Assembly (NCBI RefSeq): GCF_036321535.1
Contig: NC_087436.1
Location: forward strand, 30,072,001 to 30,136,000
DNA: 64,000 bases
Source: Camelus dromedarius
Taxonomy: Eukaryota
Direction of reading: 5' to 3'
In this document: piece after piece, positions 1 through 12,095 of the stretch
Numbering within the stretch: the stretch's first letter is position 1
How the letters are laid out: each line of letters begins with the position of its first letter
Translations under genes and position numbers: made by a program
Notes under the pieces: generated by a model
What the model was told of the DNA's origin: nothing
Databases searched by the model: none
Seen by the model: only the letters and a program-made list of their open reading frames with translations

Positions 1-19
1 ATTCTTTTTTGACAGTGAG

Positions 20-433
20 ACATAATAGCATCACTGGGATAAATGAAAGGCAGACTTTTTGTTGTTGTTGTTATTTACAGCTCTAAATGAGAGAAAGCTG
101 CCAAGCAAGGACAGGTAGGGTTTGCACCCAGTGTAACAGCAAACTAAAGCTGTAGGGGGCAGCATGTGTATGGGAAATGGGATGCAGTTAGCTAGGTTTT
201 GTGGAATTCCTGTGGACTGGCTATTTTGAATAATTTCAGCAGACCCTGGCACTTGGTAGATGTGTCTGGTGGTCTGGTACCTAGCCCTGGGGCAATTAGT
301 TAGTGCTGACGCACAGTGACTCAGAGTATGAGAGCCTGACAAAGGAAGTGTTTAAGATAGGGACTTAATCAGCAGATCATAAAGAGGACCTAACCAACCC
401 CTAGCCAGGGCCTCAAGACTGAGTCAAGACAGC
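20..433 (-). mobile_element. Ancient ERVL-class solo LTR (MER54/MER74/MER88 group)
   Basis: Motifs 'ggctattttgaataatttcagc', 'ggtctggtacctagccctggggcaattag' and 'cccctagccagggcctcaagactgagtcaagacagc' resemble this LTR group as recalled. Subfamily uncertain. Confidence 0.6.
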
Positions 434-449
434 ATTATTTATTATACAT

Positions 450-740
450 ATGAATTACAAAGACAATACTTAGTGAAAAAAGCCAAAGGAAATATTCTTC
501 ACAATTTCATTTATATAAAGATGAACTTTAAAAACAATGATAATATATCCATTCAGAAGTCAATTTAGTAGTTTCTTTGAAGGTCTAGAGAAGAGGTTCT
601 GATTGAGAGTGGGTATAAGTTGGAGCTCTGAGAGTCTGGTAAAGCTCTTTTTCTTCATTGTATAGTGGTTCACTTTTTCACAATTTATTTAGCTATATAT
701 TTACAACATTTTTATGTTAGTTTTATTTCAACAGAAAAAA
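450..740 (+). mobile_element. Old L1 (L1MC/L1ME-type) 3' UTR fragment
   Basis: 'acttagtgaaaaaagcca...aatttcatttatataaag...ttcagaagtca...ttatttcaacagaaaaaa' has the typical old L1 3' end layout. Confidence 0.6.
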
Positions 741-1324
741 ATATATATACACACACATATATAAAAACAAACTAATATACATTAGGCTTTGTACAGCCAT
801 TCATTTATAAAATCTAAATGGAGTGTTAAAAGTCTGAATTTAACTCAACTGAATGTAAGTTTTGCCATCAAATAAGTACAGGGATATCAAATGTGTTCAT
901 TTTATAAGAAGTGATTCTTTCAAGAAAGCTGCTAATTTATTATCTCCCGTAAAATAGAGTTTGTTATGAGTAATTAGGAAGAGAGCATAACTAAAAGGGC
1001 AATCCACAAGAGAGTTTGTTTTCCCATCAGTCTTGTATTAGATTAAAAAAAGCATTAAAGTTTCTTGTAAAATGGCCAAAGTAATTATTACAAAAACTAA
1101 TACTAGAAGAGAAAACTAGTTAGAAACTAGAAATGGAGAGCAAATGTAAAATAATTAACTGGATAAGTCATTATAACACTTGGAAAAAAATACTTTGATG
1201 ACTCATAACAACTAAATGGCAATAATGAGCATCACTTCGTCTAACAGCTACATTAACTAACGGTAATCAAATTTCATCCTGAAGGGGGTTCAGCAAAATC
1301 AAAAATAATTTAAAAGATAGTATC

Positions 1325-2203
1325 AAGTTGTAAGGATCTAATGTACAACACAGTGATCATAGTTAATAATACCATATTGTAGTTTTGATTTGTATTTCTC
1401 TGATACTTAGTGATATTGAGCACTTTTTCATGTGGGCTATTTGTATGTCTTCATTGGAAAGTTGCTTGCTTAGGTCTTCTGCCCATTTTTGGATTGGGTT
1501 GTTGTTTTTTGTTTGTTTGTTATTAAGTTGTATGAGCTGTTTATAGATTCTGGAAATTAAGCCCTTGTCAGTCGCATCATTTGTATATACTTTCTCCCAT
1601 TCTGTAGGTTGTCTTTTTGTTTTGTTGATGGTTTCCTTTTGTCATTCTAAGTGAAGTAAGCCAGAAAGAGAAAGAAAAATACCATATGATATCACTTATA
1701 TCTGGAATCTAAAAAGAAAAAAAAAAAAAGACCAAGTGAACTTTTTTACAAAACAGAAACAGACTTACAATGTAGAAAACAAATTAATGGTTACCAGAGC
1801 AGGTAGGAAGGGGTAAATTGAGAGTTCAAGATTTGCAGATACTGACTACTGTATATAAAACAGATAAACAAGTTTCTTATATAGCACAGGGAACTATATT
1901 CAATATCTTGTAGTAACCTATAATGAAAAAGAATATGAAAACAAATATACGTATGTATATGGATGACTGAAGCATTAGGCTCTACACCAGAAACTGACAC
2001 AACATGGTAGAATGACTATACTTCAATACAAAATAATAATACTACATTGTATACTCAAGATTTGCTAAGAGAGTAGATCATTGGCACTCTCACGAAGAAA
2101 GGGGGGAGCAAAAAGAGGTGATACATACATCAGGTCCCCACTGTACACTTCAAACCTAGTACAATTTAATGTGTCAATTATACTTCAATAAAGCAGATAA
2201 AAA
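1325..2203 (+). mobile_element. L1MA9-like 3' end (1325-1381 and 2035-2203), split by a younger L1
   Basis: 'ggatctaatgtacaacacagtgatcatagttaataatacc' resumes after the insert as 'attgtatactcaagatttgctaagagagtagatc...tgtcaattatacttcaataaagc'. Confidence 0.75.
1382..2034 (+). mobile_element. Younger cetartiodactyl-type L1, 5'-truncated, with 5' inversion (1382-1640 antisense, 1641-2034 sense)
   Basis: Antisense ORF2 piece, then sense ORF2 end and 3' UTR ('gcacagggaactatattcaatatcttgtagtaacctataatgaaaaagaatatg'). Flanked by a 17-bp near-duplication aataataccatattgta (1365-1381) / aataatactacattgta (2035-2051). Confidence 0.85.
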
Positions 2204-2229
2204 GATTCTTCGAAACAAACGAAACATCA

Positions 2230-2700
2230 CAGGCATACCTCATTTTATTGTGCTTTGCTTCATTGTGCTTCACAAGATACTGCTTTTTTTACAAAGGGAA
2301 GGCTTGTGGCAACAGTGCATTAAGCAAGCCTGTCAGTGCCCTTTTTCCAACAGCATTTGCTCACTTCATGCCTCTGTGTCACGTTTTGTTAATTCTTGCG
2401 ATATTTCAAACTTTTTCATTATTATTATATTTGTTGTGGTAACCTATGATCAATGATCTTTGATATTGCCAAAAGATTATAACTCACTGAAGGCTCAGAT
2501 AATGGTTAGCATTTTTTAGCAAAAAAGAGTTTTTAAAACAAGATGTGCAGATTTTTTTTAGACATAGTGTTATTACACACTTAATTGACTACATTATCGT
2601 GCACTGGCATATCAAAACATTCATATGACTTGCTTTATTGCAATATTTACTTTATTGTGTTCATGTGGAACCAAACCTACAGTATCTTCAAGCATACCTG
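2230..2700 (+). mobile_element. Tigger1 internal-deletion derivative (Tigger1a_Art-like), TcMar DNA transposon
   Basis: Starts 'caggcatacctcattttattgtgc', ends 'caagcatacctg' followed by TA. Internal 'tttccaacagcatttgctcacttcatgcctctgtgtcac' is typical of Tigger1. Confidence 0.88.
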
Positions 2701-4815
2701 TAACTATAGATGACCATCTCAGGTAATTCCGGAAAATACAGAGAACTCTCTTTTATGAGGCTTCTTCTGCAGCACTCCTCAAATGACATCTAAACAAGAA
2801 GAAATTATATTCTGTTTGATGCAAGGAAGTCCAGGCTATGCCTATTTTCCACCATAATCATTAATAATAGTCCTTTATCCTCTCAAGTTTCCCTCTGTGG
2901 ACTAAAATTATATGGCTACTCAAAAACAAGTAATTATCTACTGGCCTCTTTGTGCATCAAATAATTAAGCCACTTTTTAATATTCAGGAGGCTTAACCAT
3001 TAATTTAATCTGAGTATCAACCCATAAGAATATAACTGATTAGAATACTTCTTACGTCATGACCTATTCGTATTACCAAAATTTTAAAGCAACATCAGTG
3101 TCAGCTTATGTACTGAATATCATGGTCGTAATTTTTTAATGGATTTTCTATTTATTGAATTTTCAGAACTTATGCACAGTGAGTAACTAATCATTTTAGC
3201 CCTGAAATTATGGCAAATTATTTATGACTTGGTATTATTCAGCTAAGGAATGCACATACATTTTGATATTCTTTAGAACTCTTGAAACAAAAATCCATTC
3301 TTCTAAAATACTATTTCTGGGAGGTAGTTAGTATATTTATGTAGGTTCTGAATCTTATTTTTTAGTTTGTTTTTTAAAAAGTGACATGTATGTAATAATA
3401 AATTATCCAAACAGGTACGTAGCTAGATAAATGAAAGTCTGTGAATTTGTAATTTGCCAAATGGTTTGGAACAGATATTAATTTTACTTCCTAATGTAGA
3501 TATTATAATTTGCAAAGATGTCTTAGAATATAATTTAAAAAGTAATTATTTTCTCATTTACAGAAAGATCATAAAATATTTTAATGTATGTGTGATTGAA
3601 TATCTAATTATAGCTTTATATTAGAGAGATAAGCATCTTCTTTTGCAGCTTTGTATTTTAGCTGTAATTTTTTAGCAATTTAAATATTTGATACTAGTTT
3701 TAATACAGTAAAAATATTAATGTGTGATATGTATGTAGAACACGTTAGAAAAAAAAGTTATACTTTAGATATAGTGGAGGGATCGCCAGTACAAATATTA
3801 TAAAATTTGAGTGTAGACTAAACTAAAAAATGCTATTTGAATACGTTTGTATACATGCTTTGTCATGTAACTGAGTGTGCTTTATGCTTATGTCCTTAAA
3901 TAAAATTTTTGATTATATATAGAGATATTCAGGAATAGGCTTTGCCTTTCATACACAGCAAATTACTACAACAACATCAGGTGTAACTAGAAATTAAAAG
4001 ACATGTGTTTGTACGTACTTCTTTAGGAAAATTCACAGTCTTGTGGTTCAGATTTAACATTCCTGAAAACCTTTCAGATAAACACAAGCGATCATGGCTG
4101 TGAGGAGGTGTGATGCAGAGCAGGCAACCCAGAGAACATAATGATTCCGTTGAGCCAGGGCCTTCAAAAGCCCAGTCTCTAAATAGCATGCCAACAGATT
4201 CAGGACTTTCAGCCTAAACAGAAAATGCATTAATGTTGTTTTTAATGCATAAGAGAGTCTTCTAAGGAAAGGCTTTAAGCCGAGTGAAATTTGGAATGAC
4301 TTGTATTCCAAATGACCTTTTGTTTTATAATAAGCAGAAGTGAAAATGGGCACTGATCTGACCTATAGACATTTTTTTATTAAGATCTTTAAATTTGATT
4401 ATTTATAATTAATTTCATCATCTAAATTTTCTTGGCACTTGTTAAGCATTTATTTACACCAGATTGTGTAAGGGAAGGTGCAATGTTAGCAAGGACTCTT
4501 ATTTTAAACTAACTTTATATCAGTTTTTCAAGATATGATCTAGTAAATTAAGTTTTCTGGTATATAAAAACAAGTGTTTATTTTTGTAGAAATCAAAATT
4601 TGGGGGCATAGGAATTTATTATGCTTGGGAGGTAATTTACCTACTGGATAGTATCTAGGTCAAGAATTTAGATAAGGTAATCTGGGACTTCATAGCCTGG
4701 AATTTTTCCCACATTGTAGGCTGAGGAAAGGATGAAAGATGTCCGTGTCTAGACTACTTACTATCATTTATCAGCATACACAAAGAAGAAAAGATTAAGA
4801 AATGGTCTTCACGTA

Positions 4816-5353
4816 CAGTGAGCTTGGCTATAACACTTGCTTATGAACACAATTTGTCCTGAGACAACTGATGTATTAGGGAACAATTGTAGCATGATGC
4901 AGATTTCACATTTACTTATACCTTATTTCATCTGTGGGAAATTAGGTGGATGCAGAAAACTATAAACAGATGAGTTCACGAACACACACAAACACATACA
5001 ACACCTCAAATGTCTTTCACTACCATAGTTAGCCATGTGTTATGAGCCACACCTGTTCTCATCTTGTAGTACAACAGTCTGTTAGATTTTAGACAACCAT
5101 CCTTCCATCACTTCATGAAGCCTCACAAGCTACAATCCTTCTACAAGCAAACTTCAGGTCTATTCCCTATGTGTTTATACATTCTTAATCATTTAATACA
5201 TGTAAAACTGTTTTTTGTTAGGTTTCAATTTTTTTTAATGTGACTAACTTTTTTAGTGTGTTGACCCCAACCACATTTTTCCCATAAGCCCTCTGTTTTT
5301 ATTGTACAACTTTCCATAAGAGCACTTATTTTGTGCTATAGCAGAACTGATTA
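4816..5353 (+). mobile_element. Tigger-family non-autonomous element (Tigger8-like)
   Basis: TA-flanked degenerate TIRs 'cagtgagcttggctataac' and 'gctatagcagaactgatta'. Internal 'tgttatgagccacacc', 'caagcaaacttcaggtc' and 'ttcccataagccct'. Confidence 0.75.
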
Positions 5354-5504
5354 TACTATATATTTAATATGAGAATAAGGAACGTGGGGTGAATGATAGC
5401 AAGATTCCAAACACTTTAACAATTCAATTCAACCATTAATAAAATAAAATCAGCAATCAAAGTCTCTGTTTACTAAAAGAAAAAAGCTCCAAGAAAAATC
5501 ATAA

Positions 5505-5592
5505 ATATATACGTATATGTACATATGAATAAGTGATATATGTATATGTGTGTGTATATATAAACATATATGTATATGTGTGTGTGTGTGTG
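5505..5592. repeat. Compound (TA)n/(TG)n microsatellite
   Basis: Directly visible. Confidence 0.85.
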
Positions 5593-5939
5593 TTTAATTT
5601 AGTTACACCCTTACTTCCATGCTTGTGGGACTAGGAAGAAAATACCAATGCTCCTCTTTCAGGTTAAGCCAAAAAAAAAAACAAAAAACCCTCAAACTTA
5701 AAAATACGTACACGCTTCAAAAAGTATACATGCTAATTAACATAATAAACTTTAGGGCATGTATTATAAGTAATGAAAGTCTCATATGTCTTGAGTATGT
5801 ACTGATTAAGGTCTTGTATAGAACATAATTTTAAAGTCTCAGTGTATTCCAAAGCACTATTGCTTAATTTAAATAAATTTTCAAGTACAGCAGTCTTGAT
5901 GACAAAAAGTAAAACATTTACATAAGTAATAGCATAAAT

Positions 5940-6140
5940 CTGAGTTTGGCTAATTGGTCAGTAAGTAAATATTTTCAGCTTTGCAAGCTGTGTATGGTCT
6001 CTGTTATAACTACTCAACTTTGCAATTATAGGGAGAAAGCAGCTATAGACAATGTGTAAACAAGTGGGCATGACTGCATTCCAATAAAACTTTATTGATA
6101 AAAACAGGCAGTCAGATTGGTCTTCAGTTCACTGACCCTG
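5940..6140. mobile_element. MER58A (hAT-Charlie)
   Basis: 'agtaaatattttcagctttgc...actactcaactttgc...aaagcagctatagacaat...ttccaataaaactttatt...ctgaccctg' matches the MER58A layout. Confidence 0.85.
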
Positions 6141-8660
6141 TAATACATACCACAATCATTTACATTGTTATGAATGTGACAATTACTAATATTTTAACAA
6201 ATCTTTAAATTATAGAACCCTAGCATATATCTTCTAATTTAATCCTCACCAAATCTCCAGCAGATATATAATATTATTAAAAATTCTAGATAAAGAAGTT
6301 CTCTCTTAATAAGATTTAGTAATTTGATTAAATATTAAAAGATTAATATGAATCAAAAGCAAAAACCAGAATTTTTTACTCAGTATTTATTACTCTAAAT
6401 ACTATGACACATAGAGCTTCAGTTTGCTTAGAAAAGGAAGAGTTATATCAATTCTTAGGGAAAAGTTATGTGTTACCTTTATGTAAGCTCTAAATTACAT
6501 TTCTTATGAATGTAATTTAGATGGTAATTTAAATAGGGGATATCAAGTAATAATGTGACTAGATAGCCAATTAATATTATATCTCTAAGGTTTCAAACTT
6601 CAGATGATAAGATCTATCTGATGAAGTATACAAGGCCCCTGTGAGAACACTCAAAATATAAAGCCAGGTATGAAAACCAGGACAGCAGTTTTGTCTTAGC
6701 TTTCTTGAATTTTGAGAATAAAGTACTCAAGGAAAAAACTGACTTGTCAAACTCGAGACATGACCCCTTAAGTTGCAATCCAACTAATGGATCTAGTGAC
6801 TATAGTAGCTAAGTGTATTAGTATCAAATTTTCCTTCAGAAAATAAATATGCAAAATATTACTAAAATTATCCCTACCATAAAATGTACTTTAACCTGAC
6901 TTTTATTTTCTTGACAAAGCTAAATATAAATAACAAATAAATGAATGGTGAATGATTCTGAGTGTATGATTGGATTAGTAGCTCTGACAGCATTTCAACA
7001 TTGTTCACGATACCATATTCAGAATATTAATGACTGGCGTTATTGTTAGGTGAACCTTTCATGAATAATCCATTACTATAAAAACAGCATGTGATATGGT
7101 TTGACTCATTAGGTATCTTTACTAGGCAGCACTCCTATTAGAATTCCTAAAGTATATGCCAATATGCCGTATGTAATTGAAACAGTTTTCAATGTTAAAC
7201 TTGATGTATGAGATATTCCATAAGATTTTCATTCTCATATTGATATATTGATATAACCTTTAGCCTTCTTTTATTAATCTTGTAACTGTTTACAAAATTA
7301 TTCCCCAATATAAAAATAATCTTGTTTTTTAAGTCTATTATCTTATATTGAACATATGTTATATCTTGAAATAGCAATATTTAATTCTTATAAAGTTGTT
7401 ATGATTTCCTTTATAGGCATTTCTACAAATTAAACAAATAGGGTTTTTAATATTTGAAGAATATCAGTGAATGAAAAATATATTTTTACAATCTATAGGG
7501 TAATAAAATATCTTTGCCAATGTAAAAGTAAACATAATATTTTATTTATTGTAGAGTGTCTTTTCTCACTGTCACCTCCAAACAACTTTGAAATCTCTCA
7601 TTGAACTTTCATTTTCAAGTATGTTATTTTTAAATTATATAAATATAAAAATAATAAAAATAAGGTCATTTAAAAATCTTTTGGAGATCTAATATTAAAG
7701 ATCTTAAAGACATTGTTTAAGATGACACTATATTTTATAAATGGAGCCTTGAGACAAATTGCTCTTATAATTACTGTCAGTTTTTTTTTCTCTCTCTTAA
7801 GGAATTGTGGTACTTCATTTTTATCAATTATTGAGGATTGTGTATATTTTATTCTCCTGTATTATTTTGGTTTCAAGAAGCATAGAACAGTCCTTAACAG
7901 AGTAAAGTGAAGGCACTCTCTGCTTTTGTTGTAAAAAGAGGTAGGAAAATTTGGAGGACAGGAATTCCAAGTGAGGCAGCATGGGGGTGGGCCTGGAGAG
8001 TGAGCTGTTTTCCCCTCCAAGGATACTGTCCTGCTGTAGTTACAAAGGGGATAGTGTGGGGTTTGGGAACTTGAACCACCAATGGCAATCTAGGTTCTCC
8101 GCAGCATTTACTTCTGTTATCCTCCCGGCTCTTAGGATACCTTTGTTAAGCACTAGCCTGGACTTACATGGACTTTTGACAAGTTTTCTAGAAAGGTAAT
8201 TGCTCTTCCCCAAAACCAAATTAGCAGTAAGTGCATGACCTCCACAAGGAAATCATGAAGAACAAGGATTGAAGAGAAAGAAAGAATTCAGAAGCAGCTA
8301 GAGATTCTTTTCCTTCGTAGTAGGAAAAAAGTGGCATGAAAAATAGGGTGAGTTTATTAAGCTATAAATATTACTCAGGAATTCCCAAAAATGTATTGAG
8401 GAAGGAACCCAAAGGTACTATGGCAGTTTTTTTTGCTTATTGATGCCTGAAGGAGGATCTCAGAATTAGCAATTATTTTATTATTTAAAGAGTGTCTGAC
8501 ATTAATTCTAACACAAAATGTTGATGTGACACAGCTAGTTATTTATATCCTAAATTTCCAGTAAAATGTACAGTTGAATTTTCATTTATTTTTGGATATC
8601 TGTTTCTCTAAACCAACATTTTTCTAAGGTAGCTGTGACTGAAAATTGGGTTTAACTTTT

Positions 8661-8990
8661 TTATCGAGATACGATTCAAATACATTATATTAGTTTTAGA
8701 TGTACAACATGATGATTCAATATATGTATATACTATGAAATGATCACTATAATAGATCAAGTTGATATCCTTTACCACACATAGTTACATATTTTTTTCT
8801 TGTGATGAAAACTTTTAAGATCTACTTTCTTAGCCACTTTCAAATATATAATACAATGTTATTAACTATAGTCACTATGCTGTCCATTACATGCCCAGAA
8901 CTTACTTATTTTGTAAGTGGAAGTTTGTAGCTTTTGACCACCTTCACTCATTTCACCAGCTCCCCCAGACCTCCGACCTCTGGCAACCAC
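8661..8990 (-). mobile_element. L1MA9-like 3' UTR fragment with TSD
   Basis: Antisense L1 3' UTR ('ttgtgatgaaaacttttaagatctact...ctctggcaaccac'), flanked by direct repeat gtttaactttt at 8650-8660 and 8994-9004. Confidence 0.85.
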
Positions 8991-9643
8991 AGAGTTTAAC
9001 TTTAAACATAGGCATCTTGATGGCAAAGTTTATTCCCTTAACCTTCACACTGTAAAAGACAGGGTATAATATGCTGATGGTAAAGAAATGCCATATGTTT
9101 ATAAAAATTTTGACTTAGAGAAATAGTCAACTTACAGAAAGAGTAGAAAAATGAAAAATATCATGCCTCTGAATATATTTAAAAATATTCCCAGACACTG
9201 TCATACTAGTGAAACACAGTTTTGCATTTACATTAGTAAAATTACATGCCAGTTAATCTAGTAGTTGTATACTTCTTACTCTTTACCAACTCTTATAGAA
9301 GAGAGCAGGTAGTATGTATCATGTCCTTAATGACCTTAGAATTAGACTGTTAAAGCAAATAAACAGTCCTGAAAAATAAATGTTGACGTCTTTGGATTCC
9401 AATGTCATATTCCAGTCAATTGCATGTACATAAGGGAAGATGCTTTTTAAGAAAGACTCCCTTGGCCTCTGATTCTGGCTTAGGTCTTCTCACTCAGCAG
9501 CAGTGCCGTCTCCAGTCAGTGAAGAAACTACATGCTCAGTGCTGTTTGAACCCCTTCTTTCCTTTCCTTTCTCCCAAACTTGGTTCCTTTAAGTCCTTTC
9601 TGTGTTCCAGTGATGCCTCTCTCCATTAGTATACACTAAACTA

Positions 9644-10335
9644 TGTTGTGCTGAATGGCATGTGGAGTTTGGACTCAGCCGTAGGGAGGAAGTGGGAAGA
9701 GCTCTGTTCCCCAGGGTCTGTTGTCCAGTGAGCACATGCACATTGTGTGGTCCTTTCACTCTATCAGATCGATCAACTTCTGGGCACCAGTTCTGAACTG
9801 TTATCTTGAAAGTACTATCTACTTAATTATTTTTATTGTGGATTGCTACTGGCTAAGCCTATAGGACGAAACAAGAAAAATAAAATAGACTCGCATTCTT
9901 CCCACCTATGGATCCATTGAGCTCTTACTTCTTTTCTTGGTGGTGAATTAGAATTGCGTTGCTACCAGATGACCTCCGTATACCAGGAAATGCCAACAGT
10001 ATTGCAGGCATTCCCCCCTCAGTCTTTGTCTGGGATTCATGTGCTAAATTTTCAATCCAAATGCTGCTATCTCTAGATTGAAATCTGTGGGAAACGGGTG
10101 GCTTCTTTCCATAGTTGAAGCTGTTGATTCTCCCTTATCCTGAAATCAAGGATTTTATGGGTCCCTACTCTGGAGTTTCTGGCTGCCCATCATCATTTCT
10201 ATGTCTTTTTCTTTCTTGACAAAGGCAAGAACCTGTTATTGTTGGTATTCGAGAAATTGTTACAAATAAATAGTTTAATCTCTATCTTTTGATCCTCTTG
10301 TGATTAAGACATTATTGCAAAAGCACTCCTCAACA
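9644..10335 (+). mobile_element. Probable ancient solo LTR, family unassigned
   Basis: ~690-bp GC-richer block with TGTTG...CAACA termini and an AATAAA about 65 bp before the right end. Confidence 0.4.
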
Positions 10336-10524
10336 AGCTCAGCTCCAGTATCTAATTGCTCTAAAAGGAAACATAGCCTGTAATAAGGCGAGGCTCCACT
10401 GATCTAAAAAATAATGTCTTTAAAAAAAAAACAAGGTTCATTTTTATTATCAGACATAATTTTAGCTGATATGAATTCAGTAACAAGACAATCTCTACAA
10501 TCTCTATTAACATACCAGAGAGTT

Positions 10525-11265
10525 TTAAACAGCTATGTTGAAATATAATTTTTATAACATAAAGTTTATCCATCATAAGTTTACATCTCAATAATTTAAT
10601 AAATTTATGGAGCTGTCACAGCAATCTAGGTTTAACATATTTTCTCATCTCAAAAAGTTCCCTTGTGCTTATTAGCAGTTAATCCCTGCTTCTACTCCTG
10701 GCCCTAGGCAACAACTGATTGTTCTATGAATTTATCTCTGCTAGACATTTCAAGTAAATAGAATTATACCAAGTGTAGTATTTTGCATCCTTTCACTTAC
10801 TGTAATGTTTTTGAGATTCATCCAGCTTGTACTATGTATCAGTAGTTGGTTCCTTTAATTTGCTGAATGGTATTCCATTGCATGGATATACCAGATTTGT
10901 TCATCCACTCACAAGTTGATAGGCATTTGGTTTGTTTCCACTTTGGGATATTGTCAGTAATGCTATTCTAAACATGTGTGTACCTGTCTTTGAGTGTATA
11001 TATATTTGATTATAAAGTAAGCTTATATTTAATATTTAAAAAAAATTGAAAACCTATTTTCCAAAATGAGTATACCATTTTACATTCCCCTCAGCAATGT
11101 AAGATTGTTCAGGTTTGCTTACAACTTTGCCAAGACTTGGTATTGTCTTTTTTTTTTATTATAACCATCCTAGTAGGTATACAGAGGTACTTCATTGTAG
11201 TTCTATTTTCCAGTTTCTTAATGATTAATGCTATTGAGTATCTTTTCTTGTGCTTATTAGCAATC
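10525..11265 (-). mobile_element. L1MB-type 3' UTR and ORF2 end
   Basis: Antisense L1: 'gccctaggcaacaactgat', 'ttttgagattcatcc', 'attccattgcatggatatacca', 'taccattttacattcccctcagcaatgt'. ORF 11109-11441 has ORF2-like 'NKHKKRYSIALII...TTMKY...PTRMVIIKK'. Confidence 0.85.
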
Positions 11266-11671
11266 AATGCATTTTCATAAAATTCAGGAAGATTTTGGAT
11301 TAAAAAAATTCTACCCATTTCTCTCCTCACTTTTTGGGACTCCATTTGCAAGTATGTTAGACTGCTTAATGTTCTATCACTGGCCTCTGAGGCTCTGTTT
11401 ATTTTTCTCTTCAAGCTTGTTTTTTCCTCTCTGTTCATCAAATTGGTTAATTTTTACTGATTAATATCCAAATTTATCACTTCTTGTAGCATCACAAATC
11501 TGAAGTTGATTAAACTTATTTAATATTTTAGTTAAGTTATCATATTCTTAAATTCCATAATTTCATTTTGGTTCTTTTAACACCCAACAAATCTCTATTT
11601 ATTAAATTTTATTGCCACACTTTAAAAATTTTTTTAGAGCTTATTTTCTTTTTCTTTAAATGTGTTTATTT

Positions 11672-11844
11672 ACTTTTAATTTTTTAATGGAAATATAATT
11701 CCAACAATGTGTTAGTTTCTGGTATACAGCAAAGTGATTCAGTTATACATACATATTATTTTTCAGATTATTTTCCATTATAGGTTATTATAAGGTATTG
11801 AATATAGTTCCCGGTGCTATACAGTAGGACCTTGTTGTTTATCT
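11672..11844 (-). mobile_element. Short young cetartiodactyl L1 3' end nested in older L1
   Basis: 'gttagtttctggtatacagcaaagtgattcagttatac...ttgaatatagttcccggtgctatacagtaggaccttgttgtttatc' is related to the reverse complement of 1860-2030. Confidence 0.85.
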
Positions 11845-11984
11845 GAGTGTATTTATAATAGCTGAAATAATTCTCCATGGGAATAGGAATAACCTCTATA
11901 AAGTGTTTTTATTTTTCTAAGTATAGATCACAATTTCCTGTTTATTTCCATATCCCATAATATTTTAAGTTGAAAATTGAGTAT

Positions 11985-12095
11985 TTTCATAATATATTTT
12001 ATATATTAATTATTTTAATTATTATAAATATATTTTATATTAATATATTCAATAATTTATTAATATAAATATAATTATTATATTAGTATATTTTA
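11985..12095. repeat. AT-only low-complexity tract
   Basis: Almost entirely A/T. Confidence 0.8.
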
